This document shows, piece after piece, positions 29,907 to 40,800 of a stretch of DNA of 64,000 nt (within the stretch, counting starts at the first letter, position 1; every line of letters starts with the position of its first letter). This DNA comes from Candidatus Latescibacterota bacterium (lineage in GTDB: Bacteria; Latescibacterota; UBA2968; GCA-2709665): the NCBI GenBank assembly GCA_965226795.1, contig CBDDDZ010000005.1, forward strand, positions 1,664,001 to 1,728,000, written 5' to 3'. The position numbers and the translations under genes were made by a program. A model generated the notes under the pieces. The model had not been told where the DNA came from. It ran no database searches and saw only the letters and a program-made list of their open reading frames with translations.

Positions 29907-30770
29907 ATGAGACTCGGCATTGTCGGCATGCTGCCCGGCGACCTCCGGAACTTTACTCAGAATCACTTAGAGACGATTCGGGAACAGGGCTTCAACGGTG
30001 CCGGATTTCACCTGCCGGGTGAACTGGTAGACACAATCTCCGCCGAAGACTCTGCAAGGTGCAGACAGTTGTTCGCAGACTACGATGTCGATCTCACACA
30101 ATTCGCCATCACGTATAGCGACTGCCTCTTCGACCCGGACCCGGGTATCCGTTCCAAAGCCGTTCGCAAGGTGGTCGCGGGCGCCACGCTCGCCGCGCGC
30201 ATCGGCGCCCGGTGCTACCTGATAAGGCCGGGGAGCCGCAACCCCGCCGGACCATGGACACCGCATCGTGACAACCACACGCCGGAAGCGCTAGCATTAC
30301 TCATCCGCTCGTTGAAAGAGATTGCCAGCCGCACCGGGACGCTGGACGTTGTTACGGTCGTCGAAACCCACGTTATTTCAATACTCAATACCCCTGCGGT
30401 CTGCCGGCGGCTTGTAGAATCCGTGGGCAGCCCGAACGTAAGGCTGGTAATGGACTACGTCAACCACTTCGAATCCATCGACCAAGTCTATTCGGACACC
30501 GAACGCCTGAAACACATTTTCGAGACCATCGGTCCGCTGGCGCCCGTCTGTCACGTTAAAGACATCTCCGTGGGCAACCGTCTGGTGGTTCATCTTGACG
30601 AAGCCGTTCCCGGCCATGGCGAACTGAATCTGGATCTCGCCCTGGGGCTGTTTCATGCACATTATCCGGACGGCTATGCGCTTATCGAACACCTCAGCCC
30701 GGATCGGATTCCGCTCGCCGCCGCAAACGTCCGGAATATCTCGAAGCGTGCAGGCATTCCAATTTACTGA
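29907..30770 (+). CDS. Sugar phosphate isomerase/epimerase (xylose isomerase-like TIM barrel)
   Basis: VETH, MDYVN, HVKD, PGHG, LIEH metal ligands. Confidence 0.88.
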   Translation: MRLGIVGMLPGDLRNFTQNHLETIREQGFNGAGFHLPGELVDTISAEDSARCRQLFADYDVDLTQFAITYSDCLFDPDPGIRSKAVRKVVAGATLAARIGARCYLIRPGSRNPAGPWTPHRDNHTPEALALLIRSLKEIASRTGTLDVVTVVETHVISILNTPAVCRRLVESVGSPNVRLVMDYVNHFESIDQVYSDTERLKHIFETIGPLAPVCHVKDISVGNRLVVHLDEAVPGHGELNLDLALGLFHAHYPDGYALIEHLSPDRIPLAAANVRNISKRAGIPIY

Positions 30771-30854
30771 ATCACGACGTGGCCATGGGCGCGCGACGTC
30801 TTGGTTGGTTCCGTGCCCGAGCATCCTCACGACCGCGCCGGCGAACCACCGGCT

Positions 30855-31067
30855 TCAACCCTTCCGCCTGAACTTCAGCCGCCGGATGCAGGCGCCGACC
30901 GCAAGCCCAAGACTGGCGCCGATCGATACTCCCGCGCTCAACCACAGACCGAAATCCCCGCTGCCCACGCCCAAGACGGAACCCGCGCCAGCGCCCAAGC
31001 CCGATCCAATGGCCATCCATTTACCGATCTCACGATGTCCGTTTTCGCCATCCTGTTCCCGCGACAT
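30855..31067 (-). CDS. Small glycine-zipper membrane protein
   Basis: AAAGGA RBS; two Gly-rich TM segments (GSGLGAGAG, GVSIGASLG). Confidence 0.6.
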   Translation of the reverse strand: MSREQDGENGHREIGKWMAIGSGLGAGAGSVLGVGSGDFGLWLSAGVSIGASLGLAVGACIRRLKFRRKG

Positions 31068-31355
31068 GGCGAATCCTTTCGTATGCCTGCGTCACCTTTC
31101 GACGCGCCCAATATACAGGCCGGGGTCGATCGGAACAAGCTGAAACCTCCACCGGAAACGAATCGATAATTCCCTTGACAATGCCGTCTTGCAGGTTGTA
31201 GATATGGATCGGGAGTCTTCATATTGAACACGGCGGATTGTCGTCGCCAGGCAATCCACCAGGGTCTTCCCCGCCCGAAACGCACACTGCGCCGTTGGTC
31301 CGTCCGACGTCGCCAGATCGACCAGGCGGCGGACGCTTGCCTGAAAGGATACCCA

Positions 31356-32213
31356 ATGCAACCAGAGTTGATCGCGGACTACCGCTGTAAGACCGGCGAA
31401 GGACCGCTCTGGCATCCCTCGGAAAAAAAGGTCTACTGGACAGATATTCCCGCGGGTCGCGTGTTTCGCTACGACCCGGCCACGGGGATGCACGAAATCT
31501 GTTACACCGGGGAGGTGGTGGGGGGTTTTACCGTTCAGGAAGATGGGTCTCTGCTCTTCTTCATGGAACGAGGCGCGGTTAAAATCTGGCGCCAGGGCGA
31601 ACTCACCACGTTGATCGACGAAATCCCCGATGAGCGCGAGACCCGGTTCAACGACGTGATTGCGGATCCCGAGGGCCGGGTTTTTTGCGGAACCATGTCC
31701 ACGCTGGAGCGGCCGGGCAGGCTTTACCGGCTGGACACGGACGGAACGCTTCACATGATCCTCGATGAGGTGGGGATTTCCAACGGTATGGGTTTCACGG
31801 CGGACCAGAGGATCATGTATTTCACGGACACCCCCACGCGGAATATCTACCGTTTCGACTACGATCGACAGACCGGCGACCTAATGAACCGGGAGGTATT
31901 CGCACGGGCGGCGAAAGACGATGGCATGCCGGACGGCATGACCGTGGACGCCCTTGGCTACATCTGGTCCGCCAGATGGGACGGCCATTGCCTCGTTCGC
32001 TACACACCTCACGGCGTCGAAGACCGGCGTATCGCCTTCCCGGTAAAGAAGGTGTCAAGCCTCACCTTCGGAGGAGACGACTACACCGACATCTATGTTA
32101 CAACCGCGGGCGGAAACATCAAACACGAAGACGGCGAACATGCCGGCGCTCTCTTCCGGCTGAACCTGGGTATCCGGGGTGTCGAAGAATTCTATTCGCG
32201 TGTCGCACTGTAG
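31356..32213 (+). CDS. SMP-30/gluconolactonase/LRE family protein
   Basis: GEGPLW, WTDI, RFND, SNGMGF, PDGMTVD, FGG. Confidence 0.95.
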   Translation: MQPELIADYRCKTGEGPLWHPSEKKVYWTDIPAGRVFRYDPATGMHEICYTGEVVGGFTVQEDGSLLFFMERGAVKIWRQGELTTLIDEIPDERETRFNDVIADPEGRVFCGTMSTLERPGRLYRLDTDGTLHMILDEVGISNGMGFTADQRIMYFTDTPTRNIYRFDYDRQTGDLMNREVFARAAKDDGMPDGMTVDALGYIWSARWDGHCLVRYTPHGVEDRRIAFPVKKVSSLTFGGDDYTDIYVTTAGGNIKHEDGEHAGALFRLNLGIRGVEEFYSRVAL

Positions 32214-32419
32214 CTGTCATCACAACCACACACATAATTGCCTGTTAAGTCATAATTCGGTGAGGATAGATGGTCCGATGAACGTGGATCGAACGAGACC
32301 GCCGTCTCCGGCAGGTTAGCGAAGTGAAAAAGCCTGATATGCAACGACATACCAGGCTTTGTTCATTCAAATGTGAAAGGATTGCAGGGACCGGCCATCC
32401 GGCGTCGAGGCGGCCCTCC

Positions 32420-33205
32420 TCAGCCCTGCGCGAGGTCCCGATAGGCCCTGAAGAGATCAGAGTAATACGCCACAAACATCCACAAATCTCCCACCCCCCG
32501 ATCGGGGCTTCGCTCCGCTTCCGCTGACATATACCCCCCGTATTCTTTCTCGCGAAGCAATCGGAACAACTCCCGATACGGATATCCCCGGCCGGCCAGA
32601 TCGTGCATATGAACGTGGTCCAGCCAGGGCCAGACCGTGTTAAGTGCCACCTCAACGGACCCGTCAACCACATCCTCCGGCACCGAATTCCAGATCAGAC
32701 CGAAATTCTCATGATCCACCGTCTCCGCCACCGCACGGCACGATTGCCAGTCGAACTCGCCATGCAGTTCCAGGCAGGGTTTGACACCCCTCGCGGTTCC
32801 GTAGGCGCAGAGTTCCTTCAGCGCATCCGCCACCTGAGCGATGGTCTTGTCTCTCGGTACGTCTTTGGGAAAGTTATTTCCAAATACCCGCACTCGGGGC
32901 GCCCCGAGGTCCGCCGCCAGCTCCATCCGTACTTTGGTCTGTTCAATCTGGTCTCGAAGGTCAGACGCATCCGTATCGTGATACCGGTTTCCCGTGGCGA
33001 TGCTGATGATTTCAATACCTGCCGTCTGGCAGTCGGCCACCACCTGCTTGCATTCGGCGTCATCTATTGACGCCTCCACGCCGTGTCCGTGGCCAAGATC
33101 GGTCCTAAACTCGACGCCTTCAAACCCGTGATCCTTCAACGTCCGCAGCAGGTCCTGGCGTGAAAGATCTTTCAAGACTCCATATGTCATCCATGAAGGT
33201 TTCAC
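32420..33205 (-). CDS. Sugar phosphate isomerase/epimerase (TIM barrel)
   Basis: GFEGVEFR, RVRVFG, LELHG, HVHMHD, SAE. Confidence 0.88.
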   Translation of the reverse strand: MKPSWMTYGVLKDLSRQDLLRTLKDHGFEGVEFRTDLGHGHGVEASIDDAECKQVVADCQTAGIEIISIATGNRYHDTDASDLRDQIEQTKVRMELAADLGAPRVRVFGNNFPKDVPRDKTIAQVADALKELCAYGTARGVKPCLELHGEFDWQSCRAVAETVDHENFGLIWNSVPEDVVDGSVEVALNTVWPWLDHVHMHDLAGRGYPYRELFRLLREKEYGGYMSAEAERSPDRGVGDLWMFVAYYSDLFRAYRDLAQG

Positions 33206-33223
33206 TATGGTTCTCCTCTCAAG

Positions 33224-33949
33224 TTAGTCCACGGCCTCCTTGCCGATCCTCGCAAAACCTTCCGCATAGCGGCATTTGCTCATTCCCGCCATATGCTGCG
33301 CCTCAATGGCACGGTATCGGTTCAAGACCGTATACACTTCAGGTAAAGGCGGCTGCGCCGCCAGCTTCTTAAGTGCCAGGATCTTCTGTTCGAACACCGA
33401 TGAAATATCCAAGTACAGATCCGGTACGAAACCCGAAACCGGCGACGTCCCCATCGTGGTTTCATAGCACACGATAGACGGTCGCGTACACGGTGCATTG
33501 TCGGTTTTGATTCCCCCTGAATTGCAGTACGAACATGCCCACAACACGGCCTGCGTGGTCTCCACGTGGTCCGGATGCATCACGTCGTTAATCCAGTGGC
33601 TCAGCACGAGATCCGGCCTGAATCGCCGAACAGCCGCAAGCAGTTGCAGGCGGCGGTCGGGGCCGACCACCAGCGGACTGTCTCCGAAATCGAAACAATC
33701 GATGCTTGCGCCCAAAATCCTGGCGGCGGCCTCGAATTCCTCCTTGCGCGTCGCCTTAACATCCTCCAGCGTCCGATCCGGGTTCTCCGCCCACAGTGCC
33801 GGCGATTCGCAGCGTTCTCCGTAGGTCAGGTTATGGACGTGTACCGTGCCGCCCGCCTTTACGAAACGAATGATCGCCCCCCCTGCGCGCGAACAGAAAT
33901 CCGCCGCGTGGGCACTGAACACCAGCACTCGCATTCCCTCCCGGATCAT
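33224..33949 (-). CDS. PIG-L/LmbE family metalloenzyme, GalB (4-oxalomesaconate hydratase)-like
   Basis: SAHAADF..RAGGAI, TYGERCES, HPDH, DISSVFEQK, AEGF. Confidence 0.8.
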   Translation of the reverse strand: MIREGMRVLVFSAHAADFCSRAGGAIIRFVKAGGTVHVHNLTYGERCESPALWAENPDRTLEDVKATRKEEFEAAARILGASIDCFDFGDSPLVVGPDRRLQLLAAVRRFRPDLVLSHWINDVMHPDHVETTQAVLWACSYCNSGGIKTDNAPCTRPSIVCYETTMGTSPVSGFVPDLYLDISSVFEQKILALKKLAAQPPLPEVYTVLNRYRAIEAQHMAGMSKCRYAEGFARIGKEAVD

Positions 33950-34067
33950 TCCATTCTCCTTCGTGCGGTGCTTTCTTCTGCACCGGGTTACAAGGCCCAC
34001 AGCCTGCGGACGACTCCGTTTCGACGCCCGTTATCTGTCATAAATGCGTATTTAAGACGCGCCTCTG

Positions 34068-34820
34068 CTACGCATTACAACCATCTTCCGGCAGCGATCC
34101 GTCGTCTTCCGGTATGTACCCCAGCATCTCCCGTGCGTTGGACAGATCCCATTTCTTCTCGCTGCCGCCCGACACACCGTAAAAAATCCCGAACTTCACG
34201 TGTTCCGCCTCGATGGACCTCCATACCAATTGCGCCAGGTCCCTTGGGCTAAGCCATCGGGAATGGCCGGGCTCGTACCGCTGTTCAGGCGCCTCCTTAC
34301 CGTTGAAATTCGCCACACGCAGGCAGATCACACGGATTCCGTGCCGTTCCGAATAAAATCTGCCGAGGGCTTCGCCAAAGGCCTTTCCCGCACCGTAAAC
34401 GCCATCCGGCCGCACCGGGCTCTCCGGGGTTGAAACAAGCCCTTCCTTCTCATATAGACCCGTGACATGATTGGTACTTGCGAAAACAACCGTGGGCACG
34501 TTATTTATTCGCGCAGCCTCGAAAACATTGTACACGCCCGGATTATCGACTTCGAGGGTTGCTTTCGCCACGTCTTCCGGCGTCATTCCTTGCCATCGCC
34601 GGATGGCAAGGTGCACGATAGCGTCGATTCCGGCCGCGGCTTCGACCATTGCCGTATAGTTGGCCACACTGCCGACAACCACCTGGTCGCCCGGATGCAC
34701 ATCATCCGGCACCCTCGAGTGCAGCAGAAGCCGGAAACCGTATCGCGCTCTCAGCCGGGACCGAATACACGTACCGATCGCCCCGGCCGCACCGGTCACG
34801 AATATTTGCTTCTTCCGCAT
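34068..34820 (-). CDS. NAD-dependent epimerase/dehydratase, uronate dehydrogenase-like
   Basis: TGAAGAIG, FASTNH, RPDGVYGAGKAFGE, WLSPRD, LGYIPED. Confidence 0.85.
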   Translation of the reverse strand: MRKKQIFVTGAAGAIGTCIRSRLRARYGFRLLLHSRVPDDVHPGDQVVVGSVANYTAMVEAAAGIDAIVHLAIRRWQGMTPEDVAKATLEVDNPGVYNVFEAARINNVPTVVFASTNHVTGLYEKEGLVSTPESPVRPDGVYGAGKAFGEALGRFYSERHGIRVICLRVANFNGKEAPEQRYEPGHSRWLSPRDLAQLVWRSIEAEHVKFGIFYGVSGGSEKKWDLSNAREMLGYIPEDDGSLPEDGCNA

Positions 34821-35103
34821 GGCGCGGACGGATCCTCCGGCATTAAATGAACGCGAAAAACAAAACCGAACTTTCGTGCGCCTGCGACGGCGGGAAACCG
34901 ACTGCCAGGACCGGACGGCCTCGACAATAAGGCCCTGCACCGCCATCGGATGGACCGGTCAAATCACGGATCCTGAAGATATCACCTACCCGCCGCAATC
35001 GCAATAACCATTAACCCGGCCCCGCGATGACCGTTGAATACGGTTTCGTTTTTGGATATTTTCAATCCGCCCGGAAACCCTCGTCCTTCGTTTAGGAGGC
35101 ACT

Positions 35104-35868
35104 TTGACGCCAATCGACATCCGATGGATTCTCGGCATAACCCGTAAAGCGGGAGAAATCGCCCTTTCCCATTTCGGCAAGACAAAAGGCACGCTCAAGG
35201 CCGATGATTCCTGGGTGACCCAGGCGGACCTGGAGGTTGAAGCCTATCTCAGGAAGGAACTCGGTTCCGCGCGTCCGAACGATGCAATACTCGGCGAAGA
35301 AGGTGTCGACCCACCCCCGACGTCACCTGTCGTATGGGCGATCGATCCGATCGACGGAACGCGGGCATTCAACCATGGCCTGCCCGTCTGGGGCGTCTCC
35401 ATCGGCGTGTTTAAAAACGGCGAGCCATCCATGGGCGCCTTCATTCTTCCGGTCCTGGGAGACATCTATTACACGGACGGCGCTTCGGCCTTCTGCAACG
35501 GCCGCCCGCTCCGGCCACAGTCACCCGCCCTGGACGCCAACGCTATCCTGCTGGTCAGCGAAGGCGCATTTAAACATCTCAGGATCGACTATCCGGGTAA
35601 AACCCTCAGCCTCGGATCCGCCGCAGCGCATCTCTGCTACGTTGCCAGGGGCTCCGCGGTGGGCGCATTCGACCATGCATCGGTATGGGACTACGCCGCT
35701 GGCGCAGCCATCCTGAAAGTGCTGGGTATTCGCCTGCGGTACATTTCCGGCAAGACGGTGGACTTCGAGGAATTGTTCCGGCTGAAGGAGGCGCCGGAAC
35801 CCACCCTCGCGGCGCCAGATATCCACTTCGGCGCCCTGCAATATGCATTCCGGTCCGCGGAAAGATAG
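35104..35868 (+). CDS. Inositol monophosphatase family protein
   Basis: VTQAD, ILGEE, IDPIDGT, GSAA, WDYAAG. Confidence 0.92.
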   Translation: MTPIDIRWILGITRKAGEIALSHFGKTKGTLKADDSWVTQADLEVEAYLRKELGSARPNDAILGEEGVDPPPTSPVVWAIDPIDGTRAFNHGLPVWGVSIGVFKNGEPSMGAFILPVLGDIYYTDGASAFCNGRPLRPQSPALDANAILLVSEGAFKHLRIDYPGKTLSLGSAAAHLCYVARGSAVGAFDHASVWDYAAGAAILKVLGIRLRYISGKTVDFEELFRLKEAPEPTLAAPDIHFGALQYAFRSAER

Positions 35869-35978
35869 CCGACTCTTGAAAGGGCGTATGGCGGAACGTC
35901 CGGTCGTTGCGTTGACCGGACGCAGCGAAGCGGTGCGTCGAGGCCGACGTCGGAATTCATCACCGGGCACATGGGAAC

Positions 35979-36737
35979 CTATTCCGACATTCCGTAGATT
36001 CTCGCGAGGTTCTCCCCAAAGATCAGCCGCTCCGCGTCCCGCCCCAACTCCAGCCGCTGGATGGCCCGCTTCACCTGGATGGGCCGATATTCCGGCAGGT
36101 TTGAACCGAAGACCACCCGCTCCGGGCCCAATTTCTCCACCGCCGTCCTGACTTCCACCGGTACGGCCTCTTCCGGGTTATCCGCCCACCGTTTGTGGAA
36201 ACGCAAAACGGTCGTGCCCATGTATACGTTCTTGTGACGCATGCATACCGCCATTGCCTCGTCGAAATGGTCCGGAAAGCCCATATGGTCAAGGATAACC
36301 GCCGCTTCGGGAATGCGCCCTGCGATCGCGTCGGCGCGATCCGCGCTGCAATTCTCCACGCCCGTATGAATCGAAACGACGATGCCCAACTCCTGTGCAG
36401 CGTCTACGAACGGAAAAACCATCGGATCGTCCACCTCGAACTTGTGGATCGCGCCCATCAGCTTCATACCCCTCGCCCCCTGTGCCACGTACTCATTCAA
36501 TCGGGCAACGCCCAACTCCCCCATATGCGGATCCATCATGACGCACGGCAACAGGTTCGGATGCCCGGCGGTCCGTTTCAGCAGCCCGTCGTTGTCCGGA
36601 TCCACCTTTGCGTCCGGCATGACCACCGCCATATCGATCCCCGCTTCCGCTTCGCACTCGAGCAACGCCGCTACCGTCATCGGATGTCCATACCAATCTT
36701 CTGCCAGGTAGGCCTCGAAATCAGCCGTTATTGCCAT
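35979..36737 (-). CDS. Amidohydrolase-2 family protein
   Basis: GARGMKL, IHTG, ILDHMG, RVVFGSN, IFGEN. Confidence 0.85.
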   Translation of the reverse strand: MAITADFEAYLAEDWYGHPMTVAALLECEAEAGIDMAVVMPDAKVDPDNDGLLKRTAGHPNLLPCVMMDPHMGELGVARLNEYVAQGARGMKLMGAIHKFEVDDPMVFPFVDAAQELGIVVSIHTGVENCSADRADAIAGRIPEAAVILDHMGFPDHFDEAMAVCMRHKNVYMGTTVLRFHKRWADNPEEAVPVEVRTAVEKLGPERVVFGSNLPEYRPIQVKRAIQRLELGRDAERLIFGENLARIYGMSE

Positions 36738-36788
36738 GTGACAACCTCCTTATACAGTTTCGGACCCCCTCACGCAGGATGCCGGTGC

Positions 36789-37586
36789 TCAGCCCGACTG
36801 CAGCGCCCGCCACCTGTCGTATGCCGTGTGCATCTCATCCGGCAAGAATCCGCGCACATTTTCCGCAAGCATCCATTTCACTCGTTCGTCCGTACTCTGT
36901 GGCTCTTCACCTTCCACATGTTTGTGCCAACTCCCCGCAAGTGTCAATCTCTCGGGCTCCCTATTGTATATCCCGCGATGAACCGCATTTCCGCTCCAGA
37001 AAATCGTCTGCCCCGCCTTCAGGTCTATTACTTTCTGTGTCGAAATGTCAGCGTGCCGATTCTTCAAGAGGCATTCCCTCTCCTCCTCCGTCCGGTACCG
37101 TCTGTGGCTGCCCGGCACAAGCTGCAGGCAGGCGTCGTCAACCAGCGCCAGGTGCCACTTTAATGACACCATCGGCCGTTTGAGGATTTCCATTTCTACG
37201 TCATAGGACCCGTCCCGCTCATTGGCGCCGAAATCACGGTGCCACCCTCCGCTCCAATCCACCTCGTCGGGCGTTGTGAAAATGAGCACCCCGCCCAAAC
37301 GCAACTCGCTTCCCAGCAGCGGCTCTACGTATCGCATCACCGGTTGGGACATCAGGTATTCTGCAAATACAGGTTCGTTGAATTCCGGTGCAAACAACCC
37401 CCTGATCGCCCACGGCTCCCCACCGGGTGTCCGGTGTGTATACACGTCCACCTCTCTGGAACGCGTTTTGGCCTTCACACGCCGTGTGGCGCTGAGAAGC
37501 GGCTCCAACATATCCGGGTCAACCGCGCCATCCACGACAAAGCAACCCTGTGTTTCGTACTGTTCCGCGACGTCTTCCAGAACCAT
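36789..37586 (-). CDS. Phytanoyl-CoA dioxygenase (PhyH) family protein
   Basis: WHRD, LVPGSH, distal HRG and R. Confidence 0.88.
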   Translation of the reverse strand: MVLEDVAEQYETQGCFVVDGAVDPDMLEPLLSATRRVKAKTRSREVDVYTHRTPGGEPWAIRGLFAPEFNEPVFAEYLMSQPVMRYVEPLLGSELRLGGVLIFTTPDEVDWSGGWHRDFGANERDGSYDVEMEILKRPMVSLKWHLALVDDACLQLVPGSHRRYRTEEERECLLKNRHADISTQKVIDLKAGQTIFWSGNAVHRGIYNREPERLTLAGSWHKHVEGEEPQSTDERVKWMLAENVRGFLPDEMHTAYDRWRALQSG

Positions 37587-37809
37587 GAGCCAAATCCTCC
37601 ATTTTTGGAAGCTGTCATAAAACCTCCGGCGGTCTTCGTGCGGCTACAAAAGCGCCTGCCTGCGCGGCGCACCGCGCTGCGGGCAGGCCGGTCTGCGTTG
37701 GTCAAATCCACCCGTATCTTTAGATAGGGGCGGGGTCGCCCGCCTGGACCGACACCTTTTCGCACGCGCTCGGGAACGCACCGGGAATTTTAAAACAGCT
37801 TCTTAATGT

Positions 37810-40800
37810 TCACCACTCCTTCTTCCAAAAAAGCCCCAGTGACTTCCGATCGCGTTCCCATTCGTTGCCCTCCCTCTGTTGCGCCTCCAGGGTAACCTGA
37901 GGTAACAGTTCGTATTCCACGACGACCTCCTTTCCCCGCGCCTCGGAGACATCCTGCGCATAGCTGACGAAAAACCGGGAGCCGAAATATTTCCCCGCCC
38001 GCACCCGGGTTGCGGAGCTGCCCATGCCCAGGTCGATCTCCACGACGTCCAGGTTCAACCGGCGGCCGATCGTTTGCTTCAACTGATTCGCTGCCAGGCC
38101 CAGCACAAGGACCGCGGCCTGACCTTCCAGGCGGTTGCCGTCGCCGCCTTCGCCACCCATCAACCCGGACATTTCGTCGGCCGGCCTTCCGATCAGCAGG
38201 TAAGATAAGATGTCATTTTCGGACAGTCGCTCCGCGGCATCGCTTTCCAACGAAATTTTCGGCTTCAGAAGCGTTCCACCCACTACGATGCTGATTACCG
38301 CGTTTTCGTTGGTAACGAGCCTGACCCTACGCGTTGCTATAATGTAGAGATCCGGATTGATATCCGTACTCCCGCGGAAGTTGATTTCTCCGCGATGGAT
38401 CGCGAAGCTTGTATTCTGAAACTCGTACCGCCCCTGCCTGCTATCGAGAGATCCGTAAACCCTGAGTCCCTCCTGGTCCTTCACCAGATCCACGTCCCCT
38501 GAAATCTCGACATTCAAATCCCTGTCGCGGATCCACACATTTCTAGAAGCCGATACCCGGATGTCGCCGCTCAGATTCCGAAAGAACGGAGACGTCATCC
38601 AGCCGACGTCGGTCGGATATTCGATGAAATTAGACAGCCGTAGCACCGCTCGGGTCAACCCCGCCTTACCTTCTATTCGCCCCCCTTCCGCATTCCCATT
38701 CAGCTTCAATTCTGCATTAAGTGTCGCTTTGAGTTCGGGCAGGTTGATTACCTTGAATTCCTCGGCCTGGAACGCGATATCGTAACCCTCCATCGCGTTT
38801 TCGCCCAGTTTTGCTCTAGCGCTGAGCGCGAGCCTTCCCTTTCCTTCTCGGGCCTCGAGCCGTCCCAGGACGTTTCCATTGCCTTCAAAGCTGAGTTCCA
38901 CCTCTACATTCTTGAAGGTCTTGTTCAAGGGCGCAATCCGCGCGGTCCCGTCACGAAGACGAACCCATCCGTTCTGCCGAAGCGCTCGGGGAGTGCCCGT
39001 GACGTTCAGTTTCATCGCCAGAACACCTTCTGCGTTCCGCACCTCCGGGATCACGTGCGGCAGAAAGTCCAGGTCTACGCCGTCCGATTCCAGCGATATG
39101 TTTACGGGACCCTGGGGAAACAGGTCCTCCCATCCGTCAGACGATAGATTCAGCGGAAACTGCCCTTTCGTCGCGGCCTCCCGGCCGGGGGACTGCACCA
39201 GTCTCAGATCTACGGTTGCGCGTTTGTTCCGATACGCCAGAGTTCCTGAAACTTCCTTCAAGCTGACACCTGCAACGGCACCTTTCCGAAACACCAACTC
39301 TGTTTTCACCCGGGGATCGTCCAGCGTGCCGGACAGGGCAATTTTCCCTGTAAACATCCCGCTCAGCTCGCCTGCCATTCCCGGAAGACCCGACCATATC
39401 TTCAGATCCACGTCGTTGAGACTCACGACCACGCCGTCAGCCTGTCTGCTGTGTCCCTGCGCCTGAATCGCGCCGCCGTCCCCGACCAGCCGGAAACGCT
39501 CCACAAATACACCATCGTTGGGGTGATACGTCACTCGAGAAGCGCCATCGTTGGATAAAGACACACCGCCCACCCCCACCGTGAGGGAGTCAAGTTCGAG
39601 GTTGTATCCGGGGTCGGCCCACCCGACCCGGCCCTCGAGATGGAGGTGATCGATTTCGTCGGGACGGCTGCCCAGTATAAATGATATCCCATCTTGATTC
39701 AGCCCCAAGTCCACAGACAGGTCGTGAACCGTACGTCCACCCCATACAAGAGAATCTGCGCGGACCTCTACATCCCCCCGTGGCAGATGCAGCCCCGTCA
39801 TTCCGAGCTTGACCCCGTGGATCGGGACACCACTGTAATTCACGCTGTCAGCCAGCAGATCCACCGCGGCAAAGGGTTTCGTCCACGTACCACGGATGCG
39901 TGCCACAAATGAAGCCGGCGTTCCGGACAGCCCCGGGCCGACGATACCGTCAAACGCTCTGAAATCGATGACCTGCCCGTTCGCGCGGATGTCCAGGCTG
40001 TCACCCGGCGTGACCCAACCGCGGCCTTCGATGCGCGCGCGCGTACCGGCCAGGAACAGCCGATCCACGATCGTCCGGCGACCCTGCTGGACCACACTAA
40101 CCCTTGCGCTATCCAGTTTTCCTCCGAGAAACCGCGACGCTTCCACCATCACGTCCGCACTTGCCTTTACCGAATCGGGATGAAAACCCTCTCCGTTAAG
40201 TCCAATCTGCAGTGACACGTCTTCCAAGAGGTCCTGGCGGCCCAGGAGCCGATCCAGCGCCAAGCCGTCCACCCGCACACCCGCCCGGTAGGTGGGTTGT
40301 CTTCCATCGGGGTTCCAGAATTGCCCCAGATCGATCCGGCCATGTCCCCTGACCACGCCGTATCCGTCCGACAGTCTCACCCCTATACTGTCGAGGTTAA
40401 CAATACCCTTCCGGAACGATCCGTGGAGCGCGAGTCCAGTTGCCGGAGGCAGCCCCTTGATATTTACGATGTCGAACCCCGCTTCGCCTTGCCAGATCCC
40501 ATCACCCGACCGTCTCAGCGAAATTTCCCCCGTGAGGTCGACAACCCCTGGTAAATTCCGTGACACCCTGGTAAGGTCCAGGTGTTCCAGGCGCGTTCTC
40601 AATTCATAGTACGGCTCCGCTCCCCTCCTGTCTACTTCCAGCCTAGCAGTCAGCGCACCCGCGTCACCCTCCGCCCTCACGTCCATCATGAGCTTGCCGT
40701 TGCTAAATGACCCGGCGAAGTCCGCCGTATCGACGACTGTGCCGGAGAAAAGCGCGCGGGCGATGCCCCCACTAATAGTCACGTCGGCTGTCAGGGGATC

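Noticed and set aside
32213..32420. Possible mobile-element remnant between convergent genes
   Set aside because: Only a terminator-like hairpin (AAAGCCTG...CAGGCTTT); no terminal repeats, target duplication or transposase fragment.
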